Below, piece by piece: positions 1 to 13,153 of a stretch of DNA of 64,000 nt. The DNA lies in NCBI GenBank assembly GCA_051362555.1, contig CM120645.1, positions 13,516,001-13,580,000 of the forward strand, given 5' to 3'. Within the stretch, counting starts at the first letter, position 1, and each line of letters opens with the position of its first letter. The stretch is from Lingula anatina. Taxonomy: Eukaryota > Animalia > Brachiopoda. A program made the position numbers and the translations under genes. The notes under the pieces are model-generated. The model saw only the letters and a program-made list of their open reading frames with translations, did no database searches and was not told the origin of the DNA.

Positions 1-721
1 TAAGTCCAATGTGTGACAAACAGCTAGATCGCAAAGTACAACATAAGTGCCCTGTAAACATAATAAATCAAATCTTTTTTTACCAAGTTTATGCATTGAT
101 AGTTATTATTTTTCTTTTTGCTGTAAACCTGTCAATTTTCTGTCCATTCAAGCATTTATCACTTCATTTAGAGTTTTTCTAGGTGAAAATATTCATGCCG
201 CCCAACATTCACCCTTATCTCCTCTTTTTTAACAAAATCAGCGTGTATTCCGATGTCCACCGTTATAACCCACTGGAATAAAAAAAGGCAAACTAAAGGT
301 AAAGATCACATTTTTTACTTCGTCTTTCCAACTAATGACTAATCACTGTTCAGTTAAGGAAAATGTTTTTGTAGGAAACCGTTACCTGCTGCACACGCTT
401 GCGGTCTGTGTTGACTTAGTTGTTATTTCCCAGGCTAATTCTACGGTGATATGGTTTCAGTTTATTTGTTTTTCGCTTATTCAAAGTGCAGATTCACCGT
501 TGACTGGAAGCGAGGTGTGTTCGTGAGAGATTTCGATATAAATGTTATACACGCGCGCACTTACACTCGTCGATTTTCGATGATGTTGGTAAAGACCCTA
601 TGCAGATCTCAAATAGTTTACTTTTAAAATTGTGAGAGAATTTAGTTTAAACACATGCAAAAACACGCGTATATATGCGTGCATATATGCAAATTGACAA
701 AGAGAAACGGAAAGAAAAAGA

Positions 722-758
<37 letters not shown>

Positions 759-2535
759 GGGTGGGAGCACAAACACAATCAATTGACCGGGGGATATACA
801 GAAGTTCAGGCGACCTCATACTTGTATTATTTGCTTTCTTGAGCATTCGACAGTCTCTTATTTCATTCTTGCCCACGGTAGGCATTTGAGAGGGTTCAAT
901 TTCCATCTTTTACGCTGTACCAAATTTGTTAAGAATCTGACTTAGACATGCGTTTTTACCTCAGGGCATAACAGCAACTGCTCCTTGCCCGATTTTGAGA
1001 TAGTTCATTGACGATAATTTCTTTTTTAGTAAATCCCTGTGTTAAAAATAGACACAAAGCTGAATTAAGTCTTAAGTTTAAGAGAAAAATGTGTTCTGTT
1101 TCATTATAGTACTTGTGCACTAACATACATGTACACGTTCATTTACATGGTGTAATTAATATCTTCCGAATTGGGTCTATTTTCGCTGAAGTCTATAACA
1201 TTCTGCAAAAATAGACCCAATTGCCTCATTTAAGAAAGTAGTATTATTCAATTGGATTCAAAGAATTGAATTAATTTTAGTTTTAAGGCCAAGTCCACTT
1301 TCATCTATAGTTATTTAATAAAACTCGCTCGTGACTGAGAAGTCCTGAAACGAGCATAAATGTCTCAATGTAGTGAAAATTCATCCAAAGAAAAAGAAAA
1401 AAAAAAGAGAAAAAAAAGAAAACGGTAATGAATAAATTGATATCAACTGAATATAGACATTTAGTTTCTGGTGTTACTTTCTACAATTCTAGAATATTCA
1501 GTGTTTGATGTTATTTTCAACAATTGCATTCCATCCACGTTGGCTTTGATGAATATTGCCTCACTTATTTTTACATCGTATTGACCCAATCGGGTCTAAT
1601 TTGCGGAACATGAATTTCGTTTACGCATTACATAAACACTCGGACCAATGACTGCCGCTGTTCAGGTCGTACGTATAAAATACTGGCATATCGCATGTTC
1701 GGTCACTGAAACTTAGTACACCACTATTGGTAATAGATATTGAAAAAAGTTATATACGTAAGATGCAATAAATACAAATTAATTAAATCATAAGTATTGA
1801 TGCTCAAGGGACAACATACCGCAAGATGACGATCGATATTACAGACAAACGAACTTACATGGAATGCAGCTATGTCAGTGCATTTTTCGTATAGGTTATG
1901 ACTCTTTATAAAGAAAGCTGTGTTGTGCGATTGCATGATGCACGAGCACTTAATAAATTACCGAGTAAAAAAATGCATCCGTAGGTGTTCGAGCTTGGCC
2001 AGTGGAGGGCGAAGACCTTAAGAACTATTCCTATCGATGTTACTTATTACGTGATGCTGTGTCAGTAACAGACTCTACCAGACCCTCTGGGACCTTTTGC
2101 ATTCTCACGCACTCTTTCCCTTTGTTAGAAACCCCGAGTAAGCTTGTAATTTTTACAAGCGAGCTGGTTTTGTCCGTACGGTTCCAAGATAAACAGACAC
2201 GATCTTCAGTGTTCTAACCCAAGTCTTTAAAATCGTGTAGGATTCTAAATAGATAAAGATCCCATGCTGGCGAAAGTTCTTTTCAATGGAAAAAGAAACA
2301 GATGTAAAATATTTGGTCGTTACTGTTTCACATACATCATTACAAGAGAGTACATTACGTTATCTCTATCCAGGCACCATGACTTTAAAACAGAATTAGA
2401 TAATTTTCCACGAATAAACAATGATTGTATTTTCAAACTCCCATTAAGATTTTTTTCTATTTTAAGCCCATCGTCAATTTCGTTCACGTTTCCCAAATCA
2501 TAGCCTGTGCTTTTCGATAAAATGTAAGGCTTGAA

Positions 2536-2705
2536 CCGGTGTGGCGTGACAGAGAGTCCCCCATGAAAGAGAGTTCACTTCCCATTCATTTGTACTGGTA
2601 AGCCTCGCCTTCGATTTTGACCCACTTAGGTCAGGCTAACCCTAACCATTATAACTAAATGGAGGGTGGACTTTCTCTTACACGGACCCTCAGGTTCGTT
2701 ACCAG
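2536..2705. repeat. Dispersed copy of the CCGG/TGT MITE family
   Basis: Shares GGTAAGCCTCGCC...GACCCACT...TAACCCTAACCATTATAACTAAATG...TTACACGGAC with 49464-49622 and 53277-53410. Confidence 0.7.
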
Positions 2706-4667
2706 AAATGTAATCTTTCAAGCCACGTGGCACACCTACTTCAGAGTATTACTATCTTATATTTCTCTGTCTTCATTATTTCCCCTAACGCATTTCCCGA
2801 TATAAATTTTTGCCACGCTTTGATTGACTATTTAATAGAATATTTATTGACCGGCTTGATGGCTTATTTCTTTTTATCCTTAAATGAATATGAGAGAATT
2901 GAAAACAGTCGAAAAGAAAAACACATTTCGGCGGGAATATTACTGTTAGAAGGAGCTACTATAGAACATTTGGGCTCGATAGCTACCCATTTATTTTCAA
3001 TTCCGAAATATCAGATACATTGAGTTCCTATGGAAAAGCACCCTGCACCAGGACGACAGGAGGCCGACGGACGACGATTATTTCACAAGACATCAACAGA
3101 TATTTTTTTCTGCAGCTGTCACCACCCAACTGGTCTGGTAAAGAGTACTTGAACTATTGACATCCACAACAATGACAGTTAAGTGTTCTACTCCCTTCGG
3201 CAGCCATGTCCAATTAATTTCGACCGAAAGCACTTACGTACACATGTCACATACCTCCTGATATATGTAAAGACTTTAAATAAAACACTATGCTTACCAA
3301 GAATTAAAAAAAAGAAAGAATTACAAAGACAAAGACAACAATACCATGTCACTTCCTGATAAATGAAGCAAGTTTTATACTTCGAAGGAATATCGAATCC
3401 CTTACAGTGATAAATGAAATGATAAAGCAAGAATGAAACAGCCTCTACAAGTGGTGCCCAGCATTTTGTATATATTAATACCTCGGATCGTTCTCTGTGC
3501 TAGCTAGTATATACAGTTATACATGTACTTCCTGTGCCTAGTATCTATAAGTATTTGGGACACAACCACTTAATAAAACACAGAGGGATGAGTCTTGCCG
3601 CTCTTTGTCCACTTGAACATCAAAGGCACTACAGATAACGTGCTTTGCTAAAAACCTAAGAGCTCTCATTGTGTCTTATATTGTTCTCTTTGTACTCTTA
3701 TGTCAAGTTATCCAAAAGATTTATTTGTGTATAAAAGACAAAAAGAATCAAATGTATTTTTTGCCTCCCATAAATCATCCATGATAGCTATGGTTACTTT
3801 ATTTTATTTTTCTTTCTTTCTTTCTTTGCATGTCTGTTTATTTAATTATTTATAGGGAGAGCACTAGGCAAATGTTATATTTCCACAACAATTGCAATGA
3901 ACACATCACGCGCCTCTATCGCAATTCTATCGCCCTTTATCTATGTCTGATTGCTCGAGCTCTGTGCAATTTAATATTTAAGTTCAATTAAGTACGATAT
4001 GATCCATGTTGACTGAAATCTGAATTCCCTGGTTAATACGAATCACCGGAGTAAGTGCTTAGAAAAGATGTTTATAGAAATATCAATATTTCGAGCGATT
4101 TGTGGCCCTAATGCTAACCCGTACCCAATAATTGAATTTAGTTGTCACATTGCGTGAGCTGGATTGTATTCATGAGGCATTAGGGTATTTATTTTATCGA
4201 CTGAATTCTCTGAATGAGGACGCTTACAATGTTTGCTTTCAAAGATTATGCACATATTGTTTTCGATCTTGTTATGATGTAAAATGTACAGCCTTTTCAT
4301 TCATCCGTTTTATGTACGTTATCTATTGTGTAAAACAACATGTCACTGGAGAAACCAACTGGATCAAAACCAATCGAAACCAATGTGGAATCCCCCCTCA
4401 TTTAATCAGAATTTGTGCCTTGCTACGTATTATCTTGAAATTTTATCACCGCGCTAAGCCTACAGTAGCGTGAAGCTGTGTGCGTGCGGGCGTGCGGATA
4501 TGAAACTCATCGTCATCCTGCTTCATATATTTGTACCATCATTCTCAATACGTCACTGATTAAAATAAAATCCCTTCTTCTTTTATAATTATTCAATACA
4601 GTATACTAATTAATTAACTAAAATTAATTTCTAAACAATTAGTTTTGATCATTTTGATCATTATAAA

Positions 4668-6453
4668 CTACGTGGACTCTGAGAGGGGAGTTTTTAGAGT
4701 CCGTATTTTTAATTCTCTGAAGCAGTGTAAGGGAAGAGACCTGACGTTATCGTCTGCCGCTCTCCACAAATTCTGCTTCTCATGGAAATACTCCAGACAT
4801 CCAACCACCGCATCACGCTGAGCGCAAATGTCGTCTGCTGTAGTTTCAACGCTCAGGAGGGCGTCTCGCTGAAACTCGATTCTCTCATCGTCAATGGTCA
4901 CCCAAACTGGAATCGCTGCTACTTTAATTTTATCCTCGTCCAGCAATTTATAATCCGAGACCAAATCCTCGTCTCTCATTGGTTGATCGTCTGACGTTGA
5001 TAACTGAAGATGGTGAAGAGGACATCGGGTCTTTTCGTGAAGTGTCTGTCGAAATTGACCGACGGTCATAGTCAAGTGGCAATTGATGATTTCGTCACGA
5101 CCACTGGGGAAAATAACATGGATTTTCTTATTGTGGGATATGTGGACTTTGCGTACCAAACACAGAGGTGTATTTTCCTCGTGTTCCTCGTGCTGGGGCC
5201 TTTCTTTCAAATCCTCTGTCGAAACGAACTCTTTAACGATAAAGTGCGTGGTGTTGAGAATGGCCCTGGGTTCAATACGCCGCATTATTTCTTTTAAATC
5301 TTTCACGGTGCCAGTTGGATCGCATTCTTGATGTATCAAACCTATGTCCGTCAACAAATCAACTATTACCGGTTTCACATATAACTTATCCGTATTGCAG
5401 TTGAAAATAAACCTCGTGTCATCCAAGCATTCAGCATCGCCCGCATTCAGGAGCAACTCCAAATACTTTACAGGAATGTTCTTCCTCTTGCTGATGTTTT
5501 CTCTGAGGTCTTTTATCCGGTCACAGGGATAAACTTTGCAAGACATGATTTTTCCACCGGGAAATTCAACACTTACGGTGATTAGTTCTTCTATAATGAA
5601 GACACCTTGAGCGTGGGTGTGGATTTCGTCCTGTGCTATTTCGTCTGCATTTACCCAAGTGTCATTAGCTGGCACATGCACAGTCATAGAATCCTGGTCG
5701 CATTTTTGTGGGGAAGTAAAATATCGTCTTCGCGCTCGGCGTATATCAAGAGCTTGCTTATCTGGATCAACAGTATTCTGAATGCTTTCAAATAAATGGG
5801 TAACGGTAGATAAAGGGCTGCATTTCCAAATTTCTTCTTGAAATTTACCCTCCCGTGAAAACACTTTAGCTGTGGTCGTTATCGGCATAAGTTTTAGACG
5901 AGTGTCGCTTTTGATTCCACAGGTCTCAAATGTAGAATCGGACTCTAATATATCTCCTCCATTGTCTGGCTTCTCGAACTTCACATGTTCCTGGTTTATA
6001 CGCAAGGAAGAAGCCACTATTTCCGCGGCCGATCCCACCGTATCGTGTTGAGGTGAAACGTATAGCTCACAGGTTCTGTCTGGAGTAGCATCGATGGTCA
6101 ATTTTATCAGTTTTTGCAGGGTGATTTTCGCGGTTTTGGCTCGTCTGCGAGACAATGCGATATCGACATGTTCATCGTTTCCCAGTTCGTCGTGATGGTA
6201 GAGGAGTCTCATTTTCTCTACCTCTAAAGTTTCCGAGCCACTGAGCTCGGTCTTGATGTCGGCAATCTTCATGTGAGGTAGTATATCTATTCTGTTCGCA
6301 CATTCTTCGTCTCTGTCAATAACCATTACCTAAAATAAATTACAAACAATTAATGAATGTACGGGCGACTTAAGAAATCCACGAAAAATCGAATAAAAAT
6401 GGGTAAAAAGGTGATGAATATCAAATTTTGCCACACTCCTTTCAACAGCGTAA

Positions 6454-6511
<58 letters not shown>

Positions 6512-6756
6512 ACATGGAATTATACTGGTAATAAATAAATAAATACATAAATAAATAAATAAAAACAGATAAGAAAAGAAAGCTTTTCAAATCATACCTG
6601 TCTTCCAGAAGTGAGCCTGCGCAAAAACGTGTACCCACGTTTCCTGCAGCAGCAGCAGACGATGATCAGTGTCGCCACGACACCGGTGATGACAGCCCCG
6701 CTAACTGAGACACCGATGACCAAACCCACGTTGGTGTTTCCGGTACTGTCCGTCAT
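4668..6756 (-). CDS. Single-pass membrane protein with ~6-7 tandem ubiquitin-like (beta-grasp) domains; join(6756..6598, 6329..4668)
   Basis: Exon 1 reads MTDSTGNTNVGLVIGVSVSGAVITGVVATLIIVCCCCRKRGYTFLRRLTSGRQ (TM helix, CCCC, basic stop-transfer) and ends CAG|GTATGA. A phase-0 acceptor TTTTAG|GTA at 6329 joins the 552-aa ORF, which has repeated Ubl-like patterns (e.g. ITVSVEFPGGKIMSCKVYPCDRIKDLRENISKRKNIP; IHVIFPSGRDEIINCHLTMTVGQFRQTLHEKT). Confidence 0.8.
6457..6513. repeat. (CT)n(CA)n compound microsatellite in intron
   Basis: Read directly; similar runs at 722-758, 7877-7910, 38499-38548 and 49978-50016. Confidence 0.9.
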
Positions 6757-7874
6757 ATTTCCTTTCCTCACAATCTGAATTACAAAGAAATGTAGAACAG
6801 CATGAATGCGCGTGCGTCAAATCACAGATATTGGTATAAAGCATACATGTACATCCGCGCTGGCGTGTACTCCTTTAGTTCGTTCCCGTCCACAATTATC
6901 AGTGCTCAGGTATACGGTCTATTCAACGATGTCTCACCTGGGAGGAATTTGACGTCATGTAGAATAGTCATAGCTATACTGAGGATCATCCTGTTTACTG
7001 CCCGAAGTCCTCTGTTAATTCCAATGGGATACTCATACTAGCCGGTCGATTGTGAATTGTTTCATTCGTATAATTATTTAAGTTAAGTTCAGTTTGATAT
7101 GAAGAATGCTAGCAGTAAAATGCAGGAAAAACAGCGTGTTTAAACCCATACATACAATGTTGGTACAAGTGAAAGCACGTCAATTCGAGACAGAAAACAA
7201 TTGTTTAGATTGGTTATTGTTTTGTTTGCAGTGCTATGGGTTCTGGGGCGTAGAATCTCAATGATTCCTATTTCAAAAGCTCGATCTTGATTATTAAAAC
7301 ACCAAACTGAAACCCTTGTATTTACATGTATTACCTAAGCATAGGTATGAAAATACATCCAGGTACGTGTGTTATATACAGTAGCATAATACAAAGGAAG
7401 TGCCAAGCACAAGTGTCTGTAATTGATATATAACACATGTTTGTTAATGTGCCTAATGATCGGGAAGTTGATGAAAATAACAGCCGTTCTCCTACCGAAT
7501 AAACAGTGTTGCTCATATACACTCATGACCTTACCATTTACCTGAGAGATATGCACAACATGCTTGTTTTTGCAATATGACTAGATAAAGCTGACACGAA
7601 ATAATGATAAAAGATACCAGAATGATGTCAGCGCCGTGGCTATATTTTTCATCAAATATTAAATGCTGACAAATTAATAATAATAATAATAATAATAATG
7701 TACCTGGGCATCGGTCGAAATGTTGAATCCTAAAATTCCCTCCTCATCAATTAAATGAACATTTTTTTTCAAATGTATATTTCTATGATATTTATTTGCA
7801 CTGTAGAATAATACGTTCAAGGACAGACATGCTTATATTAGTGCACGCACGTACAGACATAGGCCTACAAGTGC

Positions 7875-7913
<39 letters not shown>

Positions 7914-9091
7914 TACACGTACCTTCAGCCTTCCTCTGATATTATTCTGCTGACACAATCTTCTTAAACAACTTGTACCTCGAAACTGAAATTCGATTAC
8001 ATGTATTGAATTGCACACCAAAATATCCCACAGTATAAACAACACGGACTGTACACAGCAACTCAACACTTTGTTCTATAACTGTACTATAATAATCCAA
8101 AGATATGATCGTTGTAAGGCACGGCTAAGTACTTGTTTAATCGATAACTGGGTATGTTTACCTAAATTGGTCGATTCCGATACCTCGCCAGTACACTCTC
8201 CCTCCTCTCTGCTTTTGTTTTGCGACATCTGGCTACTGTTGGAAATTCGGGATCGATAAAGTAAGCCTATTCCGTCAACTTTGAGTGCTATGATAGCTTT
8301 ATAACGGCTCGTATTTGCTCAAAAATCACTAAACAATTAGAAAGAGAATTTTCGATGTGCATTTCAGTATTTTTTCACCCACAGGAGCCTTTTATGTCAA
8401 TATGCCGGTATTTCAACCGATGCACCGACGCCATTTTGCCACCGCCATCTAGTGCGTGCGCTATGACGTGTCGTTATAACAGCGTAACATTCACGCTATC
8501 ATTACGTCACGTCACACTTCTCAACACGACTGTTTTATTTTATTAGCATTAAGATCCAGCTTGCTTTGTGTTTTTTTTCTTTTTTCCCCTATTAAAAATT
8601 GAAGTAAACATGAAATGGAGAAGCATGGAGGCTCATGCAAGGGCGGATGATGAGTCTTGTAAAAGGTTAATTTGCCAATTACATGCATACATATTGCACG
8701 TTCAATTTTGTTTCACTTTCATCTCAATTTATTCCCTAAAATATGGTTCAAAATCGGTTCAGACATTGAAAAGCACTATTTTATTAATATGATCAGAGGT
8801 TCAATAAAGAAATGAGTTAGGTAAAAATTCAAATCAAAGAGATTAAAAATGTAAATAGGCCTGGTATTTACATTGACAACTTTGATTTTGGGCTTGAAAA
8901 TTTATCAGTTGGTGTCAATTCTCATCTCTCATTTCTGAGTAACCTATATTTGATTACGGCAGAGTACATCTCAAGTAACCAGTTTTAGTTTACAAGTCCA
9001 AAACGGTAATTGTGTTAGGTGAGATAAGCATGTGATCGTCGAAATCGAAGCACAATGAATCAATTATAGACAACAGGATAGACCAATGAGC

Positions 9092-9147
9092 TAATTAATT
9101 AATTAATTAATTAATTAATTAATTAATTAATTAATTAATTAATTAAT
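9092..9147. repeat. (TAAT)n microsatellite
   Basis: About 14 perfect units. Confidence 0.95.
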
Positions 9148-9789
9148 GATAAAACACATGTTCGCGAGCTTAAAAGTGTGAGTTCAAAACTTTACGATTT
9201 CCCAAGTTTCTTACAGAGTTATGGTGAGTGTCAGGAAAGAAGAAACTAAAGGTTGGAAAGTCGGAAATTACAACCGTGTTTCCCAGGAAAATTTGTGAAT
9301 TAGACGTTTTTCGGGGAAATATTCCTACAATGTGCATCATGAGTGGATGGTGAGAGAGAAACGGTCGAAAGTGCAGTAAGTTGTGTATCTCAAGACCAAA
9401 TACCGGGTTACCAATTTATTTAAGGACACATTTTAATCACGTATTTCATATCGTCATTATCATATTATACCCCTGTAGTCATTTTTTCCTTACTGCAATG
9501 AATAGGAAAAAAATAAAAAATTAATACATGGAATAGATAGAAAAAAAACTTATGATAAACCACCGAAGACATGAACTTAAGCATGGAATCATAAGCTAAT
9601 CAACAGCACTGCTTTCCGTTTAACTTATCACTTGTACCCCGGTATTAGTTCTTTGAAAGAGCCAACTGAATATCAATACATGCGCTTCAAATGTACTAAA
9701 ACATATATTTAACGGAAGAGAGAAAAAAACAGCTTGTTCACTTCGTCCATCAAAACAAGTTCTAGCCATCCGCACTGCTTTTAGCGGTC

Positions 9790-11430
9790 CTATAAGATGT
9801 GCATTTCTTCCCGTGTTGTACATTCCTTGTTTTCACCCTTCTCTTTAATAATATCTACAAAATATTTTCGCATTATATCATATTCATCAAATATAGCTCC
9901 AATATGAAAATAATTATCTCGTATCTCTAATATCGGAGCACAATTGGGGTAGAGCTTACAAGACACGCTATCATGGCATAGTGCATGGGAGCTAACATTC
10001 GGCCACACTTCTCTATTTAGCAGAGCCGTATCTTCATCAAAACCGTCGCCGTATCCTACCATCATTTCCGACCATGATTTATAGAGGTACTTTTTCAGTG
10101 CTTTCGGCTTTGCACCAAACATCCCACCTAAAATGGTTCTATCAGCGTGTGACGGATGGTCTCTTATAACGTGAAAGGGCGCGTCACTTTTCAACCAACT
10201 CTCTACCAGATTAACCTCTCGCTGTGACAGGCGACTATCAGCATCGCGTACTATGTAAGCGGATAAGGAAAGATCGTCCCCCGGTAAAAACCTCAAGAGC
10301 ATCGGGGCAATGTGTGACATGTTTTTTGGAGTTATGACATCAGCACCAAGTCTGCCCAGGTGGTTTATTGTATCGTAACCTGGTCGTGTGTATTTACTCC
10401 ACTGGCCAACGGTGTAAAACCTTACTGTCCAACTTGGATAAAATATGCGCGCTAACTGAGCGTTCCTGATAGCACCATACGTATAACGAAGGCTGTCTCC
10501 ATATAAACTAAACGATATCACCATCTTAGGATCTCTTTTTACATTTGCATTATCTATCCACTTTTTAATAAGCTCCTGACTTTTAGCCACTGCCTTTTGT
10601 GTTCCAATCTCTCCCATGATGCGCGGCACCGGTAGAGGGCAGTTCGGGTGGTTACATGCAACAATTGACTCGCTAATTGGTACGGATTTTGATCCATAAA
10701 TCTCCTTAACCCACCATGCTCCAAGATGTCTGACATCGAATAAATACAGCATTCCAAATATATCAAAATGATTCCTGTGAATGAAAGGATAAGGATGTGT
10801 TTCGTTCTTGTCGTCGGCTGGAAAAACAACTCCAACGTTGGGTGGGTCTAGGTGGGATAATGCATTGATGTACTTGTCAGTCCATCCCATCCTTTTATAT
10901 TCAGCATAGGGGTTCATTACATGATAATAATCCTCATTTTTCATAAACGCCAGCCTTGAAATGTCTAACATGGCCACCGTTTTATCTTTACCAGCAGTCA
11001 AATCAGTGAACAAAAGTGACACGTTGAATGAAAGCGGACAGTATTCCCAAACTGTTCCCTGAAAGGCCATCTTGAATAAAGATTTATTCCATTCTGGCAT
11101 TTGCTCTCCTTTGATGACCCCCAAATAGAAGGTGTACACGTAATTGTCTGTGGCCGTTTTACAGAAACTTTTGAGGAAGCTGTCAAAAAACAGAGAACTG
11201 CTACGTGCCATTTCTTGGGTCTTGTTTTGAGTTGCTTCAATGAACTCATCAAAGCTGATGACCGTTACAATTGCAACCGATGGGTAAGCTGGTCCTTTCT
11301 TGTTGTTCTGCGTGCTTGGCTTCTTAAACATGTCCAGTTGTCCATACTTTAGCAGAATGACTGCACCGCTGACAATCCACAGTACCATCGCAAGAACAAC
11401 GGGCCTAGGACGACGTGCTCTTCCAACCAT
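9790..11430 (-). CDS. Type II membrane (Golgi-type) glycosyltransferase-like protein, two domains, single coding exon
   Basis: Long ORF with likely start MVGRARRPRP at 11430, immediately after a CAG acceptor, then a TM helix (VVLAMVLWIVSGAVILL). The C-terminal domain has VISFSLYG...YTYGAIRNAQLARIFYPSW...RFLP...IVRDADSRL...FHVIRDHPSH..ILGGMFG with a DxD motif. Confidence 0.8.
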   Translation of the reverse strand: MVGRARRPRPVVLAMVLWIVSGAVILLKYGQLDMFKKPSTQNNKKGPAYPSVAIVTVISFDEFIEATQNKTQEMARSSSLFFDSFLKSFCKTATDNYVYTFYLGVIKGEQMPEWNKSLFKMAFQGTVWEYCPLSFNVSLLFTDLTAGKDKTVAMLDISRLAFMKNEDYYHVMNPYAEYKRMGWTDKYINALSHLDPPNVGVVFPADDKNETHPYPFIHRNHFDIFGMLYLFDVRHLGAWWVKEIYGSKSVPISESIVACNHPNCPLPVPRIMGEIGTQKAVAKSQELIKKWIDNANVKRDPKMVISFSLYGDSLRYTYGAIRNAQLARIFYPSWTVRFYTVGQWSKYTRPGYDTINHLGRLGADVITPKNMSHIAPMLLRFLPGDDLSLSAYIVRDADSRLSQREVNLVESWLKSDAPFHVIRDHPSHADRTILGGMFGAKPKALKKYLYKSWSEMMVGYGDGFDEDTALLNREVWPNVSSHALCHDSVSCKLYPNCAPILEIRDNYFHIGAIFDEYDIMRKYFVDIIKEKGENKECTTREEMHIL

Positions 11431-13153
11431 CCTGTATTTGATTTTTGTCAAATTCCCAACAAAATCTAAAAATGAATAGATGTAGATGACAAAGATGTAA
11501 ATCAACAGAAATTATATATAGAAATTCACCGCAAGCGATGTGTTCTCCAAAGGTGTTCCCGTTTCGTCGTCGAACCAACAATATATATATATATATGGAT
11601 TCTGTCTCACAAATCTGCCCTTAGTCAAAATTCTAGTTGAAGCTTTCCAAGATAAAATCAACAACTGGGATATTCATATTAGGATGTCCGCTTGAAAACA
11701 AGCCCCTTTTCTAGCTCAGTCTGCTTGTGTGCGACGTCTATACCCAATTGCAATTGAATTTTCACTAAAACTACTAATTAAGGTACAATATGCCCATCAA
11801 AGATACAAATTCCACTTCCACAAGACGTAACTGAGTGCATTATCTGCAAACTAATAGGTAACATGTTATGAACTGAATGTAAAAGACAGAGAATGGTGCA
11901 TTTGAGTGATACAAGTAGCGCACTGTTCAGAAAAAAAGACTGAAAGGTGCAAACAAAAGATATAAATAAAATTATATAACACCCATGTTATATAATTCAA
12001 TACCCATGACGTGGAGGGAAAAGCTGAACATTGATTTTCCAATTGAAAAGTGGTAGTTAGTTCATGCTTTGCCCTTTCCGGAAAAAAATGATCATTAACT
12101 ACTGACATTGCAATTTAGAATTTTACATTGAATGTATTTCACGAATTCGATGCCTTTTAAATATAATATGTTAGAGCATGAGCGATGACCCTGTTATGAC
12201 CCTAAAGAAACTTATTGCATATTTTCTGGGATTGCACACATGTCCAGGCTATTTGGCCTTGTTTCATTCAGAACCTAAGTACACAGTACTCTGTTAAATT
12301 AGAACATTAATCTTGCCCGTTTATTTGGAATCTTGGACGACAGCCCTCTCTTAGGTATTAATCTACTACTTTTTCATATAAAGAAATAATTCACTCTATG
12401 TGGACAGAATAAAACTAACCTCTCTGGAATACCGGCAAAAAGTATTTGGAAAAGCAAAAGAAAATAGATTTTTAGTGTTTATACCTCCTGGGTCCTCAAA
12501 AAGCAGTTTCATTAAGAGAAAAGGGAAAGTATAGAACAATTGTCGTAGCCAAGGCCTACTAAAATTATTTTATTGAAAAATTATACATGTATTTTAATCA
12601 ACATTTGTAAGACCTTTTTTCAGTGTGTGAATGTCGTGTGGAACGTGTCTTAGTTGTCTCTCATTGTGTTTAAATGCCCTGTATTATTTTTTCTGTGAAA
12701 AAAAAAAAAATATATATATATATAAATACACGGGTAGCTTAGGTTTAATGTAAAAACAGTTGCTCAATATGGTTGTCACCGCCAATATTGTTGTTATAAG
12801 TGTCAGCTTTCCTTGAGTTGACAGTTCAGGGGCAGATCAAGGATTTTTTGAAGGGAGGATACGAAGCCGACCCTCCCCCACCCCACCCCCCTTGGCGTGT
12901 GGTTCAGGTTAATGTGCAATCATTCTAATCAACGGATCACTAACGGTATATATTGGTAATGATTTGCATTAAAAAATTATACAAAATAGCAAAATTAAAC
13001 ACAACCAGATAAAACTAAACATATACATGTATCTAATGTGTCAAGTACCAGTGCACCATGTAATGTGTCGATGACACCCTGATTAATAATAAGAATAAGA
13101 ATAGCCCTACGCTTTGTTATTTTCACAGTTTTTCCTTAAAGATAAGAATAGTC

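Noticed and set aside
1-4600. Short ORFs and isolated splice-like signals (e.g. minus-strand donor near 387, small hairpin at 1170-1222)
   Set aside because: No recognisable protein motifs or consistent exon chain; cannot support a gene call.
11431-11505. ORF-track N-terminal extension of the glycosyltransferase-like gene (likewise 14058-14134 for the methyltransferase)
   Set aside because: Non-ATG starts running through intronic sequence upstream of AG acceptors.
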